Below, in pieces: positions 30,757 through 40,423 of a stretch of 64,000 nt of DNA. The notes under the pieces were generated by a model. That model was given only the letters and a program-made list of their open reading frames with translations. It searched no databases and was not told the origin of the DNA. The stretch comes from an uncultured Nitrospiraceae bacterium. GTDB taxonomy: Bacteria > Nitrospirota > Nitrospiria > Nitrospirales > Nitrospiraceae. The stretch spans positions 352,001-416,000 of the forward strand of contig CAVPLT010000001.1 of assembly GCA_963706325.1 (NCBI GenBank), in the 5' to 3' direction. The stretch's first letter is position 1, and every line of letters begins with the position of its first letter. Made by a program: the position numbers and the translations under genes.

Positions 30757-33465
30757 CTAGGTTGCTGCGCGATCGGGCCCATTCGTCTCCGGTTCGACCG
30801 TCGGCTGATTTTTTTCCGTCGGAAGCGTAAAGCGGAAAACCGATCCGCCGCCGGAGCGTGTTTCCACCCAAATACGCCCGCCGTGGGATTCGATGATGCC
30901 CCGGCAGATCGTCAATCCCAGTCCGACGCCACCCTCCCGATCGGGATGGAGTTGATAAAATTTTTCGAAAATCCGTCGCTCCTCTCCTTGCGGAATACCG
31001 GACCCTCGATCCGCGACTTCCATCAGGATCACCCCATCCTTCACCGACGCCGTCACATCGATGGCTGAAGCCGGAGGAGAATATTTCGCGGCATTTTCCA
31101 GCAAATTAATCAGTACTTGTTCGATCAGGACGCCATCGACGAACACTAGGGGGAGATTGACCGGAAATGCTGTCGACACTGGATGCGTCGAGAGGCGCGG
31201 TCGCACGCGGTCCAGCGCCGTGCCGACTATTTCCTCCAGCGCGTGCCATTCCTTGCGCAGTTGCATGGCTCCCGCTTCCAATCTCGTCATATCGAGCAAA
31301 TTTTTCAGCAACCGATCCAATCGACCAGCTTCATCACTGATGGACCGGACCAGGCCCTGCTGACTCTCGGCCGACAAGGGCCGGGTGGTGTTTAGCAACG
31401 CGCTGCTTGCGCCCACAATCGTCGCCAACGGCGTCCGCAAGTCGTGGGAGACCGAGCTCAGGACGGCATTGCGCATGCGCTCCGTTTCAGTCTGCACGTG
31501 AGCTTCTTGTGTTTCTTCCGCCGCTCGCGCGCGTTCCAACGCCAGCGCCATTTGATTCGCGAAGGTCTCGAGGAGATGCAGCTGCTCCGGATCGAGCAAT
31601 TCGGCGGGGCGAGAGAATCGCACTGCCAGGACACCGACCGCACCATGAGACCCTGACAACGGCAGATACAGCGAGTCCGATCCAGAAAGGGTGTTGGTGC
31701 CGTGACCGGCGGGTTCTTTATGGTCGAAGGCCCATTGGGAGATTCCGGCCTCCTTCGGATCCAGGTCGAAATGCAGCGCGTCGCCTCGATGAAGATGCAC
31801 CCGTCCGTCCCGATCAGGAAGAAACACCGCCACCTGGCAATGGAATACGTCGTGGATATGGCGGGACGCCACGGAAGCCAGTTTGTCCACTCCACGTTGA
31901 GTGATCAATTCCCTGCTCATGGCATAGAGCGCGGCGGTTCGTTTCTCACGAATCAAGGCCGCCTCGGCCTGCTGGCTCTTGTGAGACGCGAGTCGACTGA
32001 TCAGCAGCGCGACGATGAGCATGACCGCAAATGTCAGGAGGTACTGTACATCGGACACGGCGAAGGAATAGTACGGGGGAATGAAAAAGAAATCGAAGGC
32101 CGCGACGCTCATGAAGGAGGCCAGAGCCGAGGGGCCACGCCCCCATCTGGTGGCAATGACCACCACTCCGAACAGATACACCATAATGAGGTTGGCCGGA
32201 CCGAAGTATGGAGACATGAACCAACTCAAGGCCGTGGAGCTTATGACGACGGCGGAGGCATAGCTGTAGTTCCGGCGCTCGCTGGTCCGTTGAAGTAATC
32301 CCGTCATGAGGAATTTACCGGCGCCCGCTTCACCGGTCATCACATAAATGTCGATGTCACCGCTGCCGCGAACAAGATCGTCTACAACCGAACCGAACCA
32401 CCACTCCTTCCAGCGCGAGCGTAGCGGTTTCCCAACGATCATCTTGGTGACGTTGCGGCTCCTGGCATAGGCGAGCAATTGGGCGCTCACATCGTCCCCG
32501 GTCAAGGTCACCGTCTCTGCGCCCATTCGCTCCGCTAACCGCAGGGTTTCCACGCCTCGGCTCCGCTCGAGATCGGGCAAGCGCAAATGCTTGGATGTCT
32601 GCACATAGACGGCGATCCACCTGGCATGAAGCCCGGCGGACATCTTTCTGGCCGCGCGAACCAACATCGGTCCACGGGATTTCAGGTTCACACAGACTAA
32701 GATCGTTTCCGCTGCTGGCCAGGTGGCGACGACCGCATGGTCCCGGCGATACACCTCCATTTGTTGATCGACTCGCTCAGCCGTTCGACGCAACGCCATC
32801 TCGCGTAGCGCGATCAAATTGCCCTTCCGAAAGAAATGTTTGAGGGCATGTTGCGCCTGCTCCGGCATATAGACCTTGCCGTCCTTGAGCCGCTGCAAAA
32901 GATCGTCCGGCGGAAGGTCCACCAATTCCACATCGTCAGCCTGCTCGAGGATTGAATCCGGTATGGTCTCGCTCACGCGGATGCCGGTGATCTGAGCAAC
33001 GGCATCGTTCAGACATTCCAGGTGTTGCACATTAACGGTCGTATAGACGTTGATACCGGCCTGCAGGAGCTCCCGCACATCTTGCCACCGCTTAGGATGT
33101 CTGGAGCCAGGAGCATTCGTATGCGCCAGTTCGTCCATTAAGAGCAGTTGCGGCCGACGCGACAGGGCGGCGTCCAGATCGACATCACGGAGCCGAGCCC
33201 CTCCGTGGACTGCCTCCCGGGAGGGCAGGGCAGGCAAGCCTTGGACCAGGGCTTCCGTTTCGGCTCGCCCATGCGTCTCAACCCAACCGATCATCACATC
33301 GATGCCGTCGCGTTGCTGCTCATGCGCCGCTTGCAACATGGCATAGGTTTTCCCGACCCCTGCAGTCGCGCCGAAAAACACCTTCAGCTTGCCGCGCGCG
33401 TGATCGGCCTCTTCAGCCTGTACGCGCCTCAGCAGAACATCGGGATCGGGGCGTTGATTTTCCAC
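30757..33465 (-). CDS. kdpD: Sensor histidine kinase KdpD
   Basis: RPDPD..GKLKVFFGATAGVGKT, DELAHTN, Usp-like domain, 4 TM, GAF, SHDLRTPL; GTG start with AGGAG SD. Confidence 0.97.
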   Translation of the reverse strand: MENQRPDPDVLLRRVQAEEADHARGKLKVFFGATAGVGKTYAMLQAAHEQQRDGIDVMIGWVETHGRAETEALVQGLPALPSREAVHGGARLRDVDLDAALSRRPQLLLMDELAHTNAPGSRHPKRWQDVRELLQAGINVYTTVNVQHLECLNDAVAQITGIRVSETIPDSILEQADDVELVDLPPDDLLQRLKDGKVYMPEQAQHALKHFFRKGNLIALREMALRRTAERVDQQMEVYRRDHAVVATWPAAETILVCVNLKSRGPMLVRAARKMSAGLHARWIAVYVQTSKHLRLPDLERSRGVETLRLAERMGAETVTLTGDDVSAQLLAYARSRNVTKMIVGKPLRSRWKEWWFGSVVDDLVRGSGDIDIYVMTGEAGAGKFLMTGLLQRTSERRNYSYASAVVISSTALSWFMSPYFGPANLIMVYLFGVVVIATRWGRGPSALASFMSVAAFDFFFIPPYYSFAVSDVQYLLTFAVMLIVALLISRLASHKSQQAEAALIREKRTAALYAMSRELITQRGVDKLASVASRHIHDVFHCQVAVFLPDRDGRVHLHRGDALHFDLDPKEAGISQWAFDHKEPAGHGTNTLSGSDSLYLPLSGSHGAVGVLAVRFSRPAELLDPEQLHLLETFANQMALALERARAAEETQEAHVQTETERMRNAVLSSVSHDLRTPLATIVGASSALLNTTRPLSAESQQGLVRSISDEAGRLDRLLKNLLDMTRLEAGAMQLRKEWHALEEIVGTALDRVRPRLSTHPVSTAFPVNLPLVFVDGVLIEQVLINLLENAAKYSPPASAIDVTASVKDGVILMEVADRGSGIPQGEERRIFEKFYQLHPDREGGVGLGLTICRGIIESHGGRIWVETRSGGGSVFRFTLPTEKNQPTVEPETNGPDRAAT

Positions 33466-33551
33466 CGCACTCCTGAGAAAAGAAATCTGATGATAGAAAC
33501 GCGATGACGTCAAATCGGCCGAGCGGATTCTAGAAGACAGACCGGAAGGCG

Positions 33552-34133
33552 TCAACGAGGCCCGCCGGACGCGTCCAATGCGAGGTTCAACGCCAGCACA
33601 TTGACCCGGCGTTCTCCGAGCATCCCCAGCTGACGTCCTTCCGTATGCTGGAAGAGCAGTGTCCGCACGACTGCTTCCTCTTTCCCTCGCGCACGCGCGA
33701 CACGACGCACTTGGTATTCGGCCGCAGCGGGGCTGATGTGCGGGTCGAGACCGCTCCCTGAGGCGGTCACCAGATCAACCGGAACCGGTGTGTCATTGCC
33801 GGGATCCGCGGCTTTCAAGGCAGCCACCCTCATTTTGACTGACTCTATCAGCGCGGGATTGGTGGGCCCGAGATTCGAACCGGAAGAGGCGGCCGCATTG
33901 TAGGGGAACGGAGCAGTCGCGGAAGGGCGTCCCCAGAAATACTTGGGATCATCGAAGGGTTGGCCGATCAGCGTGGAACCGATCGGCTTGCCGTCTTTAT
34001 AGATCAGACTCCCATTGGCCTGATGGGGGAACAGCAGCTGAGCGATCCCTGTCACGGCCAGCGGGTACGCCACGCCGGTCAGGATCGTCAAAATGAAAAA
34101 CACCATCAGCGCGGATCGAAGTTGAGCGGCCAT
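33552..34133 (-). CDS. kdpC: K+-transporting ATPase subunit C
   Basis: [34 protein letters not shown]. Confidence 0.97.
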   Translation of the reverse strand: MAAQLRSALMVFFILTILTGVAYPLAVTGIAQLLFPHQANGSLIYKDGKPIGSTLIGQPFDDPKYFWGRPSATAPFPYNAAASSGSNLGPTNPALIESVKMRVAALKAADPGNDTPVPVDLVTASGSGLDPHISPAAAEYQVRRVARARGKEEAVVRTLLFQHTEGRQLGMLGERRVNVLALNLALDASGGPR

Positions 34134-34143
34134 TGTGATCTCC

Positions 34144-36258
34144 TCAGACCAATCCCAGAGCGACCAGGACCAGGTCTATCAGCTTAATTCCAATGAAAGG
34201 GACAATGATCCCTCCCAGTCCGTACACCAGAACATTGTGGCGCAGCAGCAAGGAGGCTTCGATCGGCCGGAACTTGACCCCTCGAAGCGCGAGCGGAATC
34301 AGCGCGATGATGATCAGCGCATTGAAAATCACGGCCGACAACACAGCGCTTTCCGGCGTCGCCAGTCCCATGACATTCAACGCACCCAGGGCCGGATAGG
34401 TCGTGGCAAACGCGGCCGGAATGATCGCAAAATACTTCGCGACATCGTTGGCGATACTGAAGGTGGTGAGCGCGCCGCGCGTCATGAGGAGCTGCTTGCC
34501 GATTTCGACGATCTCGATCAACTTGGTGGGATTGGAATCCAGATCGACGAGATTGCCCGCTTCTTTGGCGGCCTGGGTGCCGGTATTCATGGCCACGGCC
34601 ACATCGGCCTGCGCCAGTGCCGGCGCGTCATTGGTGCCGTCGCCCGTCATCGCCACGAGGCGGCCTCCTGCCTGAAGATCACGGATGAGTTTCAATTTGG
34701 CTTCGGGTGTGGCCTGCGCGAGAAAATCATCCACGCCGGCCTCGGCGGCGATCGCGGCCGCCGTTTTCTGGTTGTCGCCGGTGATCATCATCGTTTTGAT
34801 GCCCATGCGGCGCAACTCGGCAAACCGTTCCTTGATGCCTCCCTTGACCACGTCCTTCAAATGAATCACGCCGAGCACCGACTTGCCTTCGGCCACGACC
34901 AAGGGCGTGCCGCCTTGCATGGCAATCGTCTCGACCGCATTGCGTACGGCCGGAGGAAACGACCCGCCTTGTTGGGTCACGTAGTCTTCGATGGCTTCCG
35001 CCGCGCCCTTCCTGATCTGTCGACCGTCGAAGTCGACGCCGCTCATTTTCGTGTGCGCTGTGAACGGCAGGAAGGTGGCGCCCATCGCATGGATGTCGCG
35101 CCCTCTGAGTCCATAGCGCTCCTTCGCCAGAATGACGATGCTGCGGCCTTCAGGCGTCTCATCCGCAAGGGAGGCCAGCTGGGCCGCATCGGCGACAGAC
35201 GTTTCCTGCACTCCCTCGGCGGGAATAAATGCCGTGGCCTGCCGGTTGCCCAGCGTAATCGTGCCTGTTTTGTCGAGGAGCAGCACGTCCACATCACCCG
35301 CCGCTTCGACGGCTTTCCCCGACATGGCGATCACGTTCGCCTGGACCATGCGGTCCATGCCCGCGATGCCGATGGCGGATAAGAGCGCGCCGATCGTCGT
35401 CGGTATGAGGCAGACCAGCAGGGCCACCAGGACCGTCACCGTAATCGGGCGCCCCCTGCCCCGTCGCATGCACGGAGTACAGAGAAAAGGGCAGCAAGGT
35501 CACGGTCGCCAGCAAAAAGACGACGGTGAGGGCCGCCAACAGAATATTGAGCGCGATTTCATTCGGCGTCTTCTGGCGCTTGGCGCCCTCGACCATGGCG
35601 ATCATGCGGTCGAGGAAGGTTTCACCGGCGCTGGCGGTGATCCGCACCACGAGCCAATCGGACAGCACACGCGTGCCGCCGGTCACGGCGCTCCGGTCAC
35701 CGGACTCCCGAATCACCGGCGCGCTCTCGCCCGTAATCGCGCTTTCGTTGACGGACGCGATCCCTTCGATCACATCCCCATCGCTGGGAATGTAATCGCC
35801 GGCCTCGACCAGCACGATGTCGCCTTTCTTGAGCAGACTGGCCGGAACCAGAGAATAGACCTCGCCGGGCATGCCGATGGCGGCGAGGCGCCGCCAGATA
35901 GTCTCCTCCGGAGGTCGGCTTTCCCGAATCGCTTGGCGGTCAATTCCGTCCGCGCTCTCCGGAGAGAATCGGCCTGGGCCTTGCCTCGTCCTTCGGCGAT
36001 CGCTTCGGAAAAGTTCGCAAAGAGCACGGTGAACCAGAGCCACAGCGAGATGGCGAGGATGAACCAGGTCGGCGCTTCGCCTGTCCCGAACAACGCCTGG
36101 AGGAACAGGAGCGACGTGAAGATGCTCCCCACGAAGACCACGAACATGACCGGATTGCGGACCTGGATGCGAGGATCGAGCTTTCGCAACGCATCCAGCA
36201 TGGCCTGTCGAACAAGCGGCGGATCGAAGAGCGGTCTGGCTCTCGTCGATGTCGTCAT
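34144..36258 (-). CDS. kdpB: K+-transporting ATPase subunit B, split by two frameshifts (~35860-35930 and ~35455); assembly error or pseudogene
   Basis: Three consecutive frames give [38 protein letters not shown]. Confidence 0.9.
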
Positions 36259-36298
36259 GTGAATCCCTCTATTCGTTCAGACTATAGAAACATTCACA

Positions 36299-36420
36299 CA
36301 GGATGCCCAAAATGGCCGTCCAGCAAGGCCGCAGCACGCGAAGAGGCGACACGTACGAACCGGTACGTAGAGCCCCTCAGAAAAGCGAGAACGCCGCTGG
36401 CGGACTTTTTCGGCATTCTG
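36299..36420. repeat. ~122-bp intergenic palindromic element, family A copy 2 (between kdpA and kdpB)
   Basis: Terminal IR CAGGATGCCCAAAATGGCCG...CGGACTTTTTCGGCATTCTG and central ACGTAC..GTACGT hairpin. Confidence 0.85.
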
Positions 36421-36424
36421 TAGG

Positions 36425-38231
36425 CTACCGACCGACCATCAGCAAATGTTCCACTATCGGCCCCAACGCCAGAGCCGGAACGAAGGTCAAAGCGCCGACC
36501 ATGATGACGACCCCGACTAAGAGCCCCACAAAGAGCGGCGTATGAGTCGGGAGCGTTCCCGATCCCGGCGGCACCATCTTCTTGCGTGCCAGCGAGCCGG
36601 CGAGCGCCAACGTCGGAATCGCCAACCAGAATCTGGAGACCAGCATCGCCAGAGCACCGGTCAAGTTGTAGAACGGCGTATTGGCGTTCAATCCCCCGAA
36701 GGCGCTGCCGTTGTTGTTACCCTGGGAGGTATAGGCATAGAGAATTTCGCTGAAGCCATGCGCGCCAGGATTGAGAATGGAGCGACGTGCCGGACTCAGT
36801 CACGACCGCCACTGCCGTGAACCCCAGGACGATGATCGGCATGACGAGGATCAACAGCGCGGCCATCTTCATTTCATAGGTCTCGATCTTTTTCCCCAGG
36901 TATTCCGGGGTCCGGCCTACCATCAGGCCGGCGATGAACACCGCGATGATGGCGAAGACCAGCATGCCGTAGAGGCCGGACCCGACCCCGCCCAGAATCA
37001 CCTCGCCGAATTGCATCATGAACAGCGGCACCAATCCCCCGAGTGGCGTGAATGAATCGTGCATGGAATTCACCGCCCCGGTGGATGTGGCCGTCGTCGC
37101 GGTGGCAAAGAGCGCCGAACGGGCGACCCCGAACCGAACTTCCTTGCCTTCCATGTTGCCGCCCGGCTGCGCCATCCCGGCGGTCTGCTCGACACCCAAT
37201 GCAGTCAGGCGTGGGTTTCCTGCGGACTCCGCCCAATAGGCTCCCAGAACGAAGAAGATCAATACGCTCAGCATCGCAGCGAGGATGGCCCACCCTTGCC
37301 TGCGGTCGCCGACCATCTTCCCGAATGTGTAGGTCAGGGAAGCGGCGATCAAGGTTTCAGCCAGAATCAGAATAAAATCGGTCAACGGCGTCGGGCTTTC
37401 ATAGGGATGGGCCGCATTGGCATTAAAAAATCCGCCACCATTGGTCCCCAGGTGCTTGATGGCCACTTGTGACGCAGCCGGACCGACGGCCAAGACTTGC
37501 TCAGTCCCAGTTGTCGATTCAGTCTTGGCGACGCTCTTCTCGTCCAAAACCGGCTGCCCTACGGCATCGACCACCGGCTTGTCATAGGTCACGGGCTGAA
37601 GGAGAGTCGTTTGGTGATACGACCCGAAGGTCTGGACCGTACCTTGCGAGACGAGAACCAACGCGAGACCGGCTGACAGGGGCAGTAAGATGTACAGCGT
37701 GCTGCGGGTCAGATCGACCCAGAAATTGCCGATGGTCCCGACAGTCCGGCCCGTGAGGCCACGGATGAGCGCCACCAGAATGGCCATGCCCGTCGCGGCA
37801 GAGACGAAGTTCTGGACCGTCAGGCCGACCATTTGGGTGAGGTAACTGAGTGTCGACTCACCGGCATAGGCCTGCCAGTTCGTATTGGTGATGAAGCTGG
37901 CGGCCGTGTTGAACGCGAGGTCGGGCGCCACCGCCCCGAAAGCAGCCGGGTTGAGCGGCAGAAATCCCTGCAGTCGCTGCAATGCATAGAGTACGACCAA
38001 CCCCGTGACATTGAACAACAGCATGGCCACCGCATAGGTTTTCCAGTTCATCTCTTCGGTTTCGCGCACGCCGCAGACGCGATAGATCAGGCGTTCAAGC
38101 GGCCCCACCACCCAGTCTATTCCGCAGGCCTGCCTCGTGTAGACACGCGACATGTACCAACCCAGCGGCTTGACCAACGCCACCAGAACGAGAAAGAACA
38201 GTCCGATTTGCGCCAACCCATTGATAACCAT
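36425..38231 (-). CDS. kdpA: K+-transporting ATPase subunit A, one frameshift at ~36782
   Basis: [28 protein letters not shown]; after the shift [36 protein letters not shown] coupling with kdpF. Confidence 0.92.
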
Positions 38232-38320
38232 CAGAACCACTCCGCTTTCAGCAGCGCGATCATGAGGTACACCAACAACCCCAGTGACAACACTGCGCCG
38301 AGCACGTACATCGCATTCAT
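38231..38320 (-). CDS. kdpF: KdpF subunit (29 aa; below the ORF-track cutoff)
   Basis: [36 protein letters not shown] signature; stop overlaps the kdpA ATG. Confidence 0.92.
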   Translation of the reverse strand: MNAMYVLGAVLSLGLLVYLMIALLKAEWF

Positions 38321-38332
38321 GACCACACCCCC

Positions 38333-38413
38333 TTAGAGGCGATCCAGCGCCGAGATAAGCCAGCCGGACAGCAGAAAAAATCCCGCGACGACCGTCAGAT
38401 ACATGAGATCCAT
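38333..38413 (-). CDS. 26-aa hydrophobic micropeptide upstream of kdpF
   Basis: [34 protein letters not shown]; single TM; first gene behind the KdpE-box promoter. Confidence 0.8.
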   Translation of the reverse strand: MDLMYLTVVAGFFLLSGWLISALDRL

Positions 38414-38526
38414 GTGAATGCTCCTTGCCGGGACGTAGAATGTAGTGTGGCGCGCCTCGCCCGAAGTGGCTGTCGGTACCCGTGTCGACCGTCCCACACC
38501 CTCTTCACGCCCCTCAATCCATGCTC

Positions 38527-38559
38527 AAGGTAACGCACAGAAAGTAAAAACAGTGTAAA
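38527..38559 (-). promoter_or_regulatory. Putative KdpE-dependent promoter of kdpFABC
   Basis: Minus strand TTTACA-N5-TTTACT, then 10 nt, then TACCTT (-10). Confidence 0.75.
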
Positions 38560-38568
38560 AACTGCCCC

Positions 38569-39737
38569 CTATGGAGAATCCAGTGTCCAGATTAGACCGA
38601 AGATAAGCAGGTGTTATGCCGGTGTCCGGCCGATCACGCCGTGCGCTATCTCGTTGCCCTCAAGGAAGCCTCCGCCCGCTCCAGTGGATTCGTCATAGCG
38701 ATATTCAAGACGCATGATCATGTTGGTCATTTGTAGGGCACCTTGTATTCGGCCGTCGTCGTGACAGCCTTGACCAACTGTTCCGTACCGGTCATGAGAC
38801 CGTTCCGATCCCAGTAAAACTCCGGCCTCACCGCGACAGCCCAAGGCCCACCGATATGCCAGCGCACGGGAAAGGCTGCCCCCATGTAAAAACTGCCGAG
38901 GATTGCCGGGGGCCGAGGCATTCTTCTGCGTCCAATTTGATAATCGCCTGCAATAGTCACATCGTCGTTCACCTTCCATTCCACGATGGAGTCCGAGAAG
39001 GACCGCCATAACTCCAGTGAGGTGTTCGATTGATCGGGGCCGTAATAGACCGTCTCCTTAAAGGTCCAGGAGCCGCTGGGTTTATACGCCACCTGCGCGC
39101 CATAACTCGGAAGACTGTTTGAGTTTTGCAGACGGAAATACTCATTGACCACGAACATCAGATAGGGAGAGTAATCGGCGATCCAGGCGCGCGCGTAGTT
39201 AGCACTGTCCTTAGCATAGAGTGATTCGTAGCCGATCAAACTTTGAACAGCCCCGCTTGAACGGTCAGGCCGTTCCCGACCGGGGCAAGATAGGACACGT
39301 TCGCGCGACCGAAGTGCCGCAAGGCATCGGAGCCTTGCATCTTGGGCAAACTGGCACCGAACCCGTAATCCTTGGCGTCCATTCCGCCCTGAACCAGCCA
39401 CTCCGTCCCCCAGCGTGACTGCTCCGACGGGTCTTTCCTGACATAGGCGCCAGCCATGTTGATGTCGAGTTCATTGACTCTGGGAGTCGGCCCACGACTG
39501 CGAAACAAATGGTTCTCGGGGAAATTGAAGTTGAGCGAATAGCCCAAGTCGACGAATCTCCCCATAGTGCCACGGCGGCTGATCGGTCTTCCCTGACTCC
39601 ACAGATTCAGACGGCGCACTATTTCGCGACTGAGTATCCCCAGTGGGACCGATGAGGTCTTGACCAAGCACCGGAGTCGTCATCATCCCCACCGCGAGTA
39701 ACAGTCCCCTACTGATCCACCACACTATCGGCGTCAT
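38569..39737 (-). pseudogene. Second porin paralog, pseudogene
   Basis: Colinear with 28685-29911 but with several frameshifts, a ~17-codon in-frame deletion after YLMF, and a TAA replacing Gln before HLLIFGLIWTLDSP*. Confidence 0.85.
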
Positions 39738-39774
39738 GATTGCTGCCCTTCCTTCCTCTGCACTTTCGTCTGCA

Positions 39775-39936
39775 TTACGCGGCCCTTGATCCGCAATGCG
39801 CTGGCGCCATGCCCGGCTGCTTTGCCTCTCGCAAACTCTTCTTATTGGTTCGGTGATCCGCCTGCATGATGGCAATGACCAGAATCCACGGCAGCCCGGC
39901 CATCCCCAACAGCAAGCCCAGTACAACCAACATCAT
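39775..39936 (-). CDS. Small single-TM membrane protein (53 aa)
   Basis: MMLVVLGLLLGMAGLPWILVIAIMQADHR...; AAGGAG SD; lies behind a KdpE-box promoter. Confidence 0.6.
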   Translation of the reverse strand: MMLVVLGLLLGMAGLPWILVIAIMQADHRTNKKSLREAKQPGMAPAHCGSRAA

Positions 39937-40006
39937 CGATGACTCCTTCGCTCTTGAGTTGCCCTGTATATGCAGTCCCCAAGTCCAGGATGTTTCGTAT
40001 GATGGA

Positions 40007-40070
40007 AGCCTACCAATCGCCATGTCAGAACGGTGTTAAACAAGGCCCGCACGCGTAAAGACGGTATAAA
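40007..40070 (-). promoter_or_regulatory. Putative KdpE-dependent promoter of the small protein/porin-2 unit
   Basis: Minus strand TTTATA-N5-TTTACG, then TTAACA-N5-CTGACA, then 10 nt, then TAGGCT (-10). Confidence 0.75.
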
Positions 40071-40423
40071 AATGACGGCAGGAGATCAGAGGTGAACGAG
40101 GAAATCACTTTCCTATGAAAGCAATCCTTGGTAGCCGGTTACCTATGTGCAGGATAGCGTCGCAGGACAGACAATGTGGCACGACCTTCCACAGAAAGCC
40201 GTGAGGCAGCTTCGTACAATCGCATGGGAAAGAATTGTGGAGGATGGCCTGTGCGCATCCCCAGCACACACCAGAGATGGAGCATGACGTGCTTGTAAGC
40301 GGCAACCGGCTGACCACCGCAGAAGGCTCGCAACTGCAAGGCGTGCCACAACGGGGATCTCACCATCTTGCTTTTCAACTGCTTTCGCCCTAGCTTAGGG
40401 GTCCACGAACTTCATTGAGGCGC

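Noticed and set aside
34135..36262. Long plus-strand ORFs (415 aa and 376 aa) opposite kdpB; likewise 16759-17658 opposite der and 58243-59010 opposite pyk
   Set aside because: Antisense shadows of conserved GC-rich genes, with no recognisable motifs.
35440..36800. Programmed ribosomal frameshifting in kdpA/kdpB
   Set aside because: No canonical slippery heptamer at the shifts, and several shifts would be needed; assembly error or decay is simpler.
40105..40378. Short ORFs and a sigma54-like TGGCAC..TTGC between the kdp region and the CorA-like gene
   Set aside because: The -24/-12 spacing is wrong (N3 instead of N5) and the ORFs lack coding features.
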